A stretch of DNA of 64,000 nt, taken from positions 24,304,001 through 24,368,000 of the forward strand of contig CM060732.1 of assembly GCA_030704615.1 (NCBI GenBank), in the 5' to 3' direction. Shown one piece after another: positions 23,312-35,400 of this stretch. This stretch comes from Takakia lepidozioides. Its lineage: Eukaryota > Plantae > Bryophyta. The notes under the pieces are model-generated. The model was not told the DNA's origin, did not search any database, and saw nothing but the letters and a program-made list of their open reading frames with translations. The translations under genes and the position numbers were made by a program. The first letter of the stretch is position 1; each line of letters begins with the position of its first letter.

Positions 23312-23686
23312 GGGGACTATGTGTATCTGCAGCAGACAGCACCAACGACCTTGGATGTCACAGCAGGACGTGTGATTCTAAGGGTACGGGAGGTGTTGCC
23401 TTCAAGAGTGTTGATTCTGGAGGGTCGAGATGGCATGATATGGAAGGAATATGTGCGCAATTGTGCGCCATGTCACCTTCCACATGTGGATGGGATGATA
23501 GATCCCAACTTTGCAGTGGTACCTGCAGGGTTGCGTTGCATGCTATGTGGGCATGCTGGTGGTGCCGCAACCATGTTGGTGTGTGACAAATGCTCAATGG
23601 GGTGGCACATGGGATGCTTGACACCGCCATTCGAGGAGGTTCCTAGTGGAGAATGGTTGTGTCCACGATGCCTTGGCCATAGGTAG
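23312..23686 (+). pseudogene. Integrase C-terminus plus PHD finger of copy 2
   Basis: GDYVYLQQTAP...CMLC..CDKC..HMGC..WLCPRC. Confidence 0.9.
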
Positions 23687-23944
23687 TGGGCATGACAATG
23701 GTGTAGTTGACAAGTGATCCAAGGTCTAGCTGGTGGGAGCTCAACGCCATGGATACTCAATTGAAGATCATGGATTGCAAGCAGGCGACTAACGATGGGG
23801 CTCTCGTTGCACCCGACCTCTTGATCCATATACTTTAGAAAATTGAGACATGTGCGATTGAAGACCAAGCGATGATCTTATTGAGATGGATATTTGTCAG
23901 CTATCCGGTGTTAGAGGGACCTAATCACCAGCTAGGGGGGCGCT

Positions 23945-24469
23945 TGTGGCATAGTTTTCTAGGATTGTGTGGTTAGAATGTATGGTAGACAACGATGTAT
24001 GTTGTGGCACGATGCTTAGGTGCACGACAGCTGTCATGGTTTTAGTCATGGTTAACTAGAATTACCTACTTCTAGTTAACTAGGACATTTTGGATATTTA
24101 TATTTGTATTTTGTGTGTTGGAACTTCATTTGGTCTCATATGCCAAGTGAGGTGTCAAACCTCACTTGGGACATGGGGATGGGTTTTCCCCTTGTGAGTG
24201 TTGAGGAGGGTTCATCTTCTTGTAGTCGAGCCCCCCGAGGCTTCTCTCGCCGCCATAGCTCTAGTACTTGAGATGGAGAGTGGGTGAGGTCTGTATGGTG
24301 GAGTCCTTTAGCAAAGGTGCCATTGGCTTGACTTATATAACGTGATAGAGTGGTTTCTCCTCTTTTCACCATTTCCGTATCCCTTGTGGCATAGTTTTCT
24401 AGGATTGTGTGCTTAGAATGTATGGTAGACAACGATGTATGTTGTGGCACGATGCTTAGGTGCAAAACA
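23945..24469 (+). repeat. Composite 3' terminal repeat of copy 2, X'(85)-spacer-X'(85)
   Basis: 85-bp TG...CA repeats at 23945-24029 and 24385-24469 (3 mismatches), after AGGGGGG. Confidence 0.9.
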
Positions 24470-25483
24470 CGCGCTTTTGTTGCGAGAGAGGGTGGCCTTG
24501 TCGGTGTGGAAGATCACGGTGGTTCCTCCAGGTTATATAGCAGCGCGCTGGAGGGATATGCTCCAGCAGATGTGTGCCCGCCCAGATGTGTTGACGGTCG
24601 GACCCGCTGAACACTGTTCCTGCCTGATCACGCGGAAACGCACAAAAACCACCGTACTGTGCAGGCCAGTGAGTAGACTTTGTAGCCCATGACTTGTAAA
24701 ACCAGATGTACAACATGTTTGCAATGTAAGTATGTGTGTACAATACCCAGACTTGATGTAAGTATGGATAGCCTACCGCACTTGTTGATGAGTGCGGTGG
24801 AGTTGGTGGTTGGATAGACTATCTTGCCACGTAATAAAGGAGGCCCGCTTTAGACTACTGTCCGAGACCAAGACCAACTCCAAATGCAACGATCTTATCG
24901 GTCGACCGCATTTTCTTGGTCATATTGCAGGCTTTAAACTACTGACCAAGGCCGAGAAAGAAAGTTAGGAATGACATGGCGTCCACGTGGCATTTCTCGA
25001 TTGATTGCACCCACCAGCCTTACTGTCAGAGTCCTCCAAACCAGTCATGCATCGAGTAAGAGTAGACTTAACAAGTGGGTGGGGATGGAAGCACTAAATG
25101 CTGGCTGACCATCCCCACCCTTTGCTCGGAAGGGTATCCCATTGGATACGGGACAACATATCAGTGTAGAATTAAGGATTCTCCACTGTCAAGAAAATTG
25201 AACAGTGCATAACTTACCCACTTTACTCAACTTGCCCTCTCTTCCCAACAAGACTGCCCATCACAAAATTCGCCCCTAGGCCGAAGCCCTTGGAACCCTC
25301 GTTTTTTGCGTCACACGACTTTGAAAATCTCTAAAATTGATTTTTTACATTTTTCAGTAACTCTCAATCCATCCCCAAAGAACAACAATGCCCATCATAT
25401 ATTGAGATTTTGCAGTAAACAAGTAAATGTAAAAGTATTTGTGAGGCAAAGGCAAGCTCAAAACTGCTTGGGCCTTTTAGGGG
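24470..25483 (-). mobile_element. End of a piggyBac-like (TTAA/CCC-terminated) element, copy A
   Basis: About 1 kb inverted match to 37176-38191; terminus ...GGCCTTTTAGGGG followed by TTAA (25484-25487); interrupted on the left by retro copy 2. Confidence 0.6.
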
Positions 25484-25487
25484 TTAA

Positions 25488-26312
25488 CCCTTAAGTTCCC
25501 AAGCCCTTTTTTGACTTTTTACCAATTTTGGGTACCCAGCTGCAGTAAATTGCCCCTAGAAACCTACCAAAAATCATCCAGAGATTCCAGCCTTATAGCA
25601 ATGGGCCCAGCTCATTTATGCATGACATACCAAAAAATGAGCCAAGTCCACCGTGGAAATTGTGAGATTATAGCGTTGGCCCGGACCTCAAATATCAGCT
25701 CCCAAAGAAAAGTGAGAAAGAAAATTGGTTTGACCAAATCAAAACCTAGCTTTATCCAATTTTGCTTGCCCCAAGACCCACCATTTCCAAATCAATAGTG
25801 GAGTGACTATGACCCCACTAAATTGCAGGTCCAACTGATTTTTTCACCTATGGTTGCTATGCATGCAATTACATGGGGGTTGAAATCTCAAAATTGACAA
25901 GAGAAAATGTGCCTCCAAATGAAGTTATTTTTTTTTCTACAAATTTTTTAAAAGCCAATGGTGGATGTGTGTATGTAATGCGCACAGACCAAAGGTGAAG
26001 TGATTTTTCCAAAATTGCTAATTTTATGCCAAAAATGGCCTTTGGAGTGCAATCTGTTTTGGGCTTGTTTACCTGCCACGTCAGTGGTCAACAAGCCCTT
26101 TTCAGGCCCCAAAACGTAAATGAGAGATCTAAGATATTTTTTGCAGGTAGAAGCTTTTGTTTTTTTTTTAATTTTATTTTTTGCATCATACTCGAGACAA
26201 ATCATTTGTCATTAAAGCTTCAGGAGTGGGCCCCATCAGATTAGATCTGCAAAAATTAGGTCGAACTGCAAATTCAAAGTGACCTGATTTAGGTCGCTTG
26301 GGAACTTAAGGG
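25488..26312. mobile_element. MITE-like element with 17-bp TIRs, piggyBac-like
   Basis: TTAA then CCCTTAAGTTCCCAAGC ... GCTTGGGAACTTAAGGG; the right end is followed by a 10-bp stutter (AACTTAAGGG AACTTAA) rather than a clean TTAA. Confidence 0.65.
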
Positions 26313-26330
26313 AACTTAAGGGAACTTAAA

Positions 26331-27680
26331 TTGTTGACAACTTGGAGAAACAAAGACAGTTGGTTAGGAAAAGACCCTGGTGTGTTGCCCGACAAGATTG
26401 ATGAGCACTTTGATGGGAGTAAATTTCGGGAACTTCAAGCATTTTGGGACCCTGAAACAGAGTGGGAGAGTCCTATTGTCTGCCCCAACACAAGATGTTC
26501 GCGGGCATTCAAAGCTTTCCCTACGAAGTGTCACGAACTGCTTCATTCCTGGGATAGCGAGACCCAACGTTATTCCTTTGCCTGTACCGAATGCTCCTCT
26601 CGAATTCATGCTTCCAGACATATGGAAAAAGTAAGCATCTCCTGGCCCATTTTTGGCTTACATACTGACATTTAGTTTTAGACCCCCACATCAGATGTAA
26701 AATTACTAATGTAATTTTAGTAAAATTAGATGTAATTTTTCCTGAAGAATGCAAGTTACTAGATGTACATTGACATTCTAAAGCATGTTCAAATTTCAAT
26801 ATATTAATAGACCTTCCTTCCTTCTGTGTTCAGGGTGATCCAAGAAATTTCGCTTTTATGTTACATTGGGACGGGTTCTCAACGGCTAAGACAAGCATTA
26901 AAGGTTGTTGGGCAGTGGATTTAGTTGTTTTGAATGCTGGAAAGTTAGACCCTGTCGGCCCGATTCCAGTGTTGTTTATTCCTACAAGCTCTAATAAATT
27001 GATAAAACAGGCAGATGGTAGCGTGTTGACTGCATTTTTGCAGCCACTTGTAACAGACCTGGAAGCCGTCTTCGTCAAAGGATTTTCAGTATCCTATGCA
27101 TATCATGCAGAGGCCATCAGTGACAAACTCCCTGTCATTGCCATCACTGAACTGATCACCTTACGTGCAATGTTGACAATTTGGACCGGAGATCACCCAG
27201 CACAGTGCAAGGTTGGAGGGTTAAAGGTGGGTGGGTATTCATGTTGTAGACGCCACATAGTTGCATCGAGATGGCGAGGCAACATCCCCAATAGCAACAG
27301 CGGTTTAGTGGAATTCCATGATAACAGGAAACAACATCGATACCCAGCTGCCACTCGAACTGTGGAAAGCACAACCGAGTTGTTGGCACAATGGCGTGAA
27401 TTGCCAAATGGGAAGGAGAAGGATGCAGTAGGCCGTGAAACAGGTATCTCGAGCTACTCCATTTTATGGAGATTACACAATCTTTATGGGTTTGACATTT
27501 TGAGGGACCTTGTTTATGATGTGATGCACATCCTACCATTATGCATATTCAAAAAATTTGTGCATATCCTAGTGCACTATGCTGAGAAAAATGGTTTGAG
27601 TAGGGACATCGACCAGACACTCGATGCGGTGAAGATGTTGCGACCCCTTGGACTTGGGGCAAGATGGCCCCGGAAGTTAG
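26331..27680 (+). pseudogene. Divergent EnSpm/CMC-type transposase fragment
   Basis: HFDGSKF..., intron 26631-26833, GDPRNFAFMLHWDGF, GDHPAQCKVGG..CCRRH, YDVMHIL; truncated at both ends. Confidence 0.75.
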
Positions 27681-28680
27681 AGAGGATTGAGAAGTGGGCA
27701 GAGCTTGTTCGGAAGAACAAGCAACTTTTTATCCCGCCACGAGATTTAGCCCTTCCCCTTATGTGGAGGGTGTAGCTGAGCGGCTTGCAATGCAGCCATC
27801 TCAAGAGTTGAATCCTAATCCCTCGTGGCCTGGCGAGGAGAGAGGGGTGGAATGGTTTAACCAGTATTAAATGCGGGGCTGCAGCTCTTAGCAGGCCAGT
27901 CCTGCTTGGCCAGCAATCGTCTGCGTTTGTTTAGTGGTTTTGTTTGTCCCCTTTCTGTGTTTTGTTCATGTTGCATTGCGAGTCATTGCTGTAGGTGTTA
28001 GTCCCCCAGCCAAGCGGGGGTGCAAACAAGGATGGGACATTCCCCTGTGGGTCAACGGATCCACTATCGAGATGAGCAACTGCACTACTTCATCTTTTCC
28101 TGTAGCCAAGTTGGGGAGATATCTACAGACTGAAGGGCAGCCCAACAGCCCCACACAAACCTGCCTACAGTCTTGTGTGAGAGGGATTTGAACCCAACAA
28201 ATCTGCCCCACTGGCAGCCCACACATACATACAAGGCTACTGGTGGCGGAGGGGCACCATCTACAACCCTACAGGTTGGTTTTGACTTTGTCTATCTCAT
28301 GTTATAACTTTTGTGTTCTCCTTGTGGTGAAAGGATGCATAATCACACTTATGGAACCAATTCTACACAGCTTCCAACCTTGGCGTGCCAAGCAAAGCCA
28401 CCTGGGATCCCTCGAGGCTGGGTTTTAATTGCGATATCTACTTTTCTGCTGAGGAGATTGGAAGCTCCTGGACAGCAGCTGTTACTGGTATAGACAATTT
28501 GCCTCTTGCTTTATATGGGAGTTTATGGAGGGAGGTCTACCATGTGCCTCTTGCTTCATACATATGGGTCATACTCACACCTTGAGCAAAATCTCTTCTC
28601 TCTCTGTTTAAGTCCACAAGCCAAACAACATATCAATATCTTTGATGAAGACCTGCGGGTATTTTGTTTTGTTTTGGCAG

Positions 28681-29315
28681 AGTCAGGTGGACTTGTATTC
28701 ATGGGGAGAGAACCAGACTTGCCGTGTAATGCGATCGCAGTGGCTGCTGGAGCAAATCATGGCCTATGCCTGGAGTCTAGTGAATCTTTCTTATCATGGA
28801 AAGCTCTGAAATTCTTTGTTTGATATTGTCTAGAGTTCTGTTCCCCATTTCGAGGTGGCAACGATCATGGCAATTTATTTTTCTCCTTTTGCTGCAAACA
28901 GGAATGTAGATCCGCAATGCAGGCCCTCTCTTGTGATTTAATTGCATGTGGTCTCCTCCAGCAATGTGCAGGTAGTTTGTTTTTTGGCAATTGGGTTTCT
29001 CTTTTTCTCTAGTACCTATTAAGATCTGGAAATAGGCACCCGTATTCACCGTGTTCAAACATGGTGGAAGGATCATGGAGTATTACCTGAAATCTTATGT
29101 TGCAAATTGAGACCATAGCCAACTTTATACATAATCGTCTATGAGTGTATTGCACACAGGCATAGGCATATGTAGTTCTTATAAGGTCAGAGTGGTTGTG
29201 TTCTCAATTTTGTGGTCTTCAATGTCTTCATGCTTGCAGGGGTTTTGGGGGTTTTGGGGCCCTTGAACATGGCTCAACCGAGAAAGAGCTGATGCCTAAG
29301 CTGGTGGATGGAAGC
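28681..29315 (+). pseudogene. RCC1-repeat (UVR8/RCC1-like) gene fragments
   Basis: LYSWGEN, AIAVAAGANHGLCL and GFGGFGALEHGSTEKELMPKLVDG segments after AG acceptor-like sites; frameshifted. Confidence 0.6.
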
Positions 29316-29989
29316 TATGTGGAATGAACGTTCATGTCGAACGAACGTTTCATATCGAAATGTTCATGGAAAAGTGGATAAAAAAGAAAAAGGGCAGTGA
29401 ACATATTTCGATGTTTTGAAAATATTTGGATTTCCTTCCCATAATTAAGTACTTCAGTAGTCCTTAATTCCGTGAAATTAATGCTAAGTGTGAATAAAAT
29501 TGATTTTCCCACAACTCAAAGTTTACCTCTTGAAGGCAGAGTAGGATATTGTGTAGTTTTCACAGTTGGGAATCACATGCTCCTTTGGAGATGTATGAAT
29601 ACCATTTGTTTTTCCACATACACCAAATTTTCCCATACAGGTATCTAAAGGGACAGGTTAAAATCTTTGATTTTACATTCTGGTCCATGAGGGAACATTT
29701 ACAGGGCCCCTTGTGTTAGTACCTTACAGTACGAAATAATGACTGATTAGGTGTGTAATCGAGCATGTATCATCATCGTAATCATATTCATAATCATTTC
29801 AAGCACCATCCGCAAGCAACCATGATGCTGCACAGTTGAAAATCAAGTACCTTGTTGGCTCCTCCTTAGCAGGAGACTAGACATCAGTGCCAGAACAAGT
29901 TTGATCCTGTTCTACCTTCCGGGCCAAGTAACCATTCAATTCAAAGAGCCATCTGTAAGGGAGGAATAATGTAGGTTCACTAAAACATA

Positions 29990-30500
29990 TGAGATTTGTA
30001 CGTTACATTTACTTTGATGCAAAATCACTGAGGCCTGCATTAGCTTCTCGAGCGGCCCGACTCTTCTGTTCCGGCCAAGTCCTGCACTCTGCATGCACGT
30101 GGTCTTGTGCACAGATCTAGACTCGGTCATGGCCTGTGCATCACACACTGTGTGACTAATCTTTTTGAGGAAGAAAATCCGCTCACCACAAGCACGCCAG
30201 ATTCCCAAAACATAAGCCCCTGATCACCTGGTCCTCGTAATTCTGCGGCGTCTACGATGTGGCAGCTAATGCCTTCGCAACTCCAGGAAACAACAGTTAA
30301 GAGCACTGAACGGGTACGATACGAAGATCAGGATTTCAGATACCACGCCGCTATGGACGTAGGATTACTTTACGTTTTTACCGAAAAGGGGGTTGTGCGC
30401 ACTCTTTGTTCTCTGAAGCGCCTTGAGAGATTGTCGGGAGGTGAATCTTCAAACTGCTGAGCTCGTCAATCTTCATGATCCCTGGAATCTGTGAGCTTTG
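29990..30500 (-). pseudogene. Possible LINE ORF2 C-terminal remnant
   Basis: GIWRACGERIF resembles the L1 C-terminal IW..RN.RIF motif; otherwise degenerate. Confidence 0.25.
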
Positions 30501-31587
30501 GGCAATAAATAAATGTCCCACAATTGCAACTTCTCTGGCTGCTGCTACTTGTCTGGGATTCCAAAGCATGAGAGACGACAGATGACACCACAAATATTGG
30601 TGACGGGTTCAGAAGCAGGTCAGAAGCTTTTACAAGGCGAATTCCGGAGGATCTAGGCCATTTTAAGGCAAAACTAGAGAGAGTGAAAAGAAACGCATGT
30701 CGAGACTCTGCATTGAGCTAGGGAAGGAACCTATCGCAGTAAGATTTCCTTTATGTGCAAATCATTCCACACATCATGGTGGAGCCTGGGGAAACTTTTG
30801 TTGGGGAGATGCATGATGTGGAGGCTTGAGAGACAGTCATGTATACGTGAACCCTACATGCAATAAAAATCTGTGGGTCCCATTGCAGCTGCAATGGAGC
30901 TGCATCTTGAAAATTGTCTTTTAATATGCCTCACCACAACGAACCAAAACAATACATGTGTATTGCAATCTTGACTGCATAAGAGAAAATCAAGTTCATT
31001 TGAAGGGGAGGGAGAAATGAAGACGAGAACTGTACTGAGCAACAGAACGCTGAACTCGTTCTTCTGATAGGCTTCTCTCCCAATCAGGTAGTCCAAGCAT
31101 GTTCCTGTCATGTCACCATTCACTGGCATTCAACAGGTCTGGCTCTACGCACAAAGGCCTGGCGGAAGTGAGAGCACTAAAGCTCGTTTTTGATAGATCT
31201 ATTCAAATAGATCAGAGTTCCTCCTCCATGGCGAAAAACCTTAGCTTGGGTTTTCGTCTTCCTTCCCGGGCAGCAGCCCGACAAATACTTGGAAATACGT
31301 TATGTACTTATTGATATACGGAACGTATATAAAAGCAGGGAGCCGGGGCCTAGGCTGTAGAATCAGTGTAGTGTAGTGTAGTAAGGCCCCCGTTGCACCG
31401 GGCTGCTAGCGTAAAACAGTTGCTAACGGGTTAGCAGGCCCGTTTTCCTAACAGCTGCTAACTAAAATTCTCTCTTCCGCACCGAAAAGTTACCGTAACA
31501 AAAGTTAGCGCGAAGTTTTAGTTTGAAAGCATCGTTCGCTGCCCGTGCCCGTTTACCCTCGCCACGTTTGCTGGCCGTTTCTCCTAT

Positions 31588-32197
31588 CAGCATGTTTTCA
31601 GTTGCGGTGCGCTATTGTTCACTGGCCTGACAAGTGAGTACCATTTCTTGCACACTGTGAATGAGTAAATCTGACGAAGAACTAATCCAACATTTGTGTT
31701 GCAGGAATATGGGAAAAATCCAGGATGCAGACTACAAAAACTTGGTGGAATTGGCCGCAAAACATCTGACTCTCGATGATTGTCCTTCGCAAGAAACAGT
31801 CCAGTTGCAGGTCGACCCTGATAGCCTTTGCTTGGGAACTTGAAATTTCTTCCCTTCTGCACATGAGTACCATACTCTCTTTGGCTAGTGGATGTGTTAG
31901 CAGCTTCTAAGTTTACACTATTTCTCATGTTTAAATGAGGACAAGAGATCCATATATCATACCAATCTGACCTGAGGTATATGTCTCATGTAAACAATCG
32001 CAATCTAAAGTGGCACATGCACCATGTGGGCTTCACAATAGCCATGTACTTGAAGATGCCTGGGCTTCACTTCTATCTTCTTGCTTGCAGGTTATTGCCA
32101 GGCTGCATTCCACTTTGCAATCAAAGAGATGGAAGATGATTCAGACAATAAGAGACAGACTTTGGATAAGCTCATGCAGATAATCATGGACACCAAG
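31588..32197 (+). pseudogene. Exon-like fragments resembling the N-terminus of flagellar protein CFAP206
   Basis: ACFQLRCAIV..., DYKNLVELAAKHLTLDDCPSQETVQLQV, next exon ...LDKLMQIIMDTK|GT; similarity recalled from memory only. Confidence 0.3.
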
Positions 32198-32419
32198 GTG
32201 TCTCCGACCACCTACTCACTTGCAATTGTCTCTCTTCCCCACCCGGTCCCCTCTCTCCCTTTTGCATTTAATCCTTCACATGTCCTGCTTCATCCAAAGT
32301 CCTCCCACCCTTTTCTCTGCTTTCAGCGGACGTTATGAAGCACCATTTCATTTCATTTCATTTCCTTTCATTTCTGTTCCTTTTCAGAGTCAGCTTTCGC
32401 CATCCTTCAACTTCTAGGA

Positions 32420-35400
32420 AGTGAGCAGCTGGACACAAGAAGGCCAGACCAGACTTGACCACTTTCTGGGTCAAGGCAGGGATGGTGATGTTGAGAGGTG
32501 CACGAATCAGAGTAGAGTTCTTTGGAATAGCTATGGGCACCCCTGTCCTATCTTTAGCACCAGGAACATGCCACTGATATAAAAGTGGAAGATCAGGTTG
32601 AAATCTGTAGAAATCATGCCAATTGAGGTTGGAGTGAGAGTTCTGTTGTACCTCTTTGACCAGGGCCTGGACTATGGATAAATTGGCTGTAGTAGACCCG
32701 GTCTTGATCTTCATGGCTTTCAAGGGAACCACTACTTCATGTCATTCTCCATTGTTAAAGCGAAGGGAGTAGTCAGCTAAGCTGATGGTGGCACCAGCTC
32801 CAGTCATCCAGTTCAGGCCTAAAAGGAATTGATCACCAATGGTGACTATGCAGGTCACCACAACCTACCTTTTATGAATCCTAACGGGAACAGTGACTAG
32901 TCCCAAGGGCTCATACCTGGATCCGTCTGCAATAAGCACCTCAATACCTGTGGCAGGGCATAGTTTAAGACCAAGAATTCTCACAACACTTAAAGGTATA
33001 GCAGATATAGTGCATCCGGTGTCAATCACACAGGGAAAGCTGAGCTCGTGGATATGGCATTGGGCCATGAGAGGACTGATCTGCTGTCCAGCAGTCTGTC
33101 TACTGAGAGGACAATGCAAAGCTTTAAAGTTAGTAGATAAAACAACTTGAATTGGAACAGAAGCAGTAGGGTTGGTAGATGATGGACCTCTTGCCCCCTT
33201 CCCAAGAGATCTTCCTAGTTTAAAGGAGGGGAAGAGCCACTAGCTGTTTTCTTGTTCTTGATCAGCTCTGGTAGCCCTCTCTGTCTGGACAGTGTCTCGT
33301 CCAGTGTTCAAATGACCCACAAATGTAACAGGCAGCACGATTACCCTCATAGGCTTGCCCAATCTGAGTTCGACCTCTATTGTTACCACCTGTTGGTCCT
33401 TGACCATGTCGAGGCTGCCACCTCTGTTGATGAGCCTGCATGGCAGCAAACTGAGTGGCAACAGACTCACTAAGACTTCCCACAGTATTAGCCAACCCCT
33501 GAAGAGTAAAATCATCAGCTTTGCATGTCATGACAGGAGGAACATATGGTGAAGATGTTGCAGGCATGCCAAGCTCTGAGCCCATTGGAGCTTGAAACTT
33601 GGCATGACGTTGCATTGATTTGCTGTCAGCCCATGTCTGCCATTTTAAGATTAATTTCTGCTAACATAGTCTTGTCATTGACAAAATGACGTCGTTGAGC
33701 CCAATTCTGAACAGTTGAAGGTAACCTAAGGAGAAAATACCTCTTAAGCATACGATCTCTCTCTGCAGGGTCTATGATATTTTCTACAGCAGCAAATTTA
33801 AGATCCATGTAGTACTTCCACAAGGATTCCCCAAGTTGGTAGGTCCTAGCAAAAAGCTTGGCAAAGCAATCCAGAGGCCTCTCAGGAGGTTTGAACAAGG
33901 TCTTTGCCCATTCCACCAGAGTTGCCCAGTTGAGGCTGGGATCATCCATGACAGCCGCATGTAGTAAGTCACGAGCTGGCTCCTTCATGCTCATTCTAAA
34001 AATTGCCATTTTGAAATTCTCAAGCACTCCATTGACACCTGCAATTACCTCAAACATCTGAAGATATCTATCAAAGTCTTCTCCCATGGTATATTTTGGG
34101 TAAGGTTGAGTAGTTAGCTGAGGGATCAGATGACAAGGCAGACTATGGTTAATGTGACCAGGGAGGACAGACCCATGAGCAGGGCAACAAGGAACCATAG
34201 CAGCAATATTACCATGCACATGTCCAATATTAGATGCGGAATTACAATTCATATTATTATTGCTGGCTGATCCTACAGCAGTAGAAGCTGACAGATGTGA
34301 TGCCACCGTGCCCATGGGGAGAGCAGGCATTGCCACATTTGGCTGAGTAGCAGGGTAGGTCGACTGCAAGTGGGTTTGTGGCATTCCACTCATGGGAAGA
34401 GTGGATGCCACTCCCACCGGTTGTGTTGACACTGACCTTAGACCACTAGGAGGGATACTACCAACGTACATACCCATGGACTGGCTAGAGACAAGGTGTG
34501 GTAACACCCTAGCCTGTGGAACAGAAAGGGTCCCCACCGATTGACCCGTGATGGCCGTAGTTGGAGCAGTAGACACACCAGAGGACCCTGGCATCATGAT
34601 ACCCCCACCTTGAACAACACCATGCACATTCAACACAAGAAAACTGCCCATATGCACGCCTGCACTTACAGGCAACAAATTCCTTCCCCCGAGAGTGGGA
34701 CTAGGGAAATCCACAACATGCAGCACACTAGAACGCACGTTATCACCCTGGGCCGGCATACTGCTCGTAATAGCCCTAGCATCCGAGGCCAACCCGATTC
34801 TACCTTGTTCATGATCAGACAGCACCACGGGCTTATTACCTTGAACTTCCATGGCCCCACCAATCTGAATAGGAAGAATCACACTTTTTGTCACCCCCGA
34901 TCCTATATATGAGCACAACAGTAGAGCCCTCCCTATCCATCCTCACGACACCATCACCATGCAACAGTTCTAAGCCTTCTTCAAAATTACCAGAGTCCAA
35001 GGAAACGTCATCAACCAAGGCATTACCTGCCTGAAGGTTGTCTGACTCCCCACTGATATCAGGCATGCCCCTTCCAGGCGGCCCGAGTGGCTCTCGCGAC
35101 CCAGACATGAATCTATGTCTACCAGATCGCAACCAAGAACTTGCAGATGTGTTTGGCATGCAAAAACAAGGACAATTGTGGAAAGGAAAGAACCTCTAGG
35201 CCGTCGGGATGAGCAGTTGCGGCCTTGGGCTTGGCACCCGTGAAGCTTCGGGAGTCCAAACAGAGCAAGAAAGAAGCTTGAGCAGGTCGTGAGAATCAGA
35301 GCTATACACTGCCAACGCCAGGCACTCCCACACCCTCTCGTCCTTAACCCATAAGCCCACCCGCGTTGTGCCGTTGTCCTCCCACGTCCGGGACAACACT

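Larger units (their letters stand above)
18039..24469 (+). mobile_element. Second, degenerate copy of the DNMT-PHD Gypsy element (internally deleted, interrupted by two CACTA MITEs)
   Basis: Colinear homology with copy 1 in gag, protease (LLDSGA), DNMT, RT start, integrase C-terminus, PHD, purine tract and X-spacer-X terminus; several stop codons. Confidence 0.92.

Noticed and set aside
27925-28245. tRNA gene or tRNA-derived SINE on the minus strand (GGGTTCAAATCCC B-box-like at about 28182-28194)
   Set aside because: No cloverleaf, weak A box, no TSD and no second copy in the window; not supportable.
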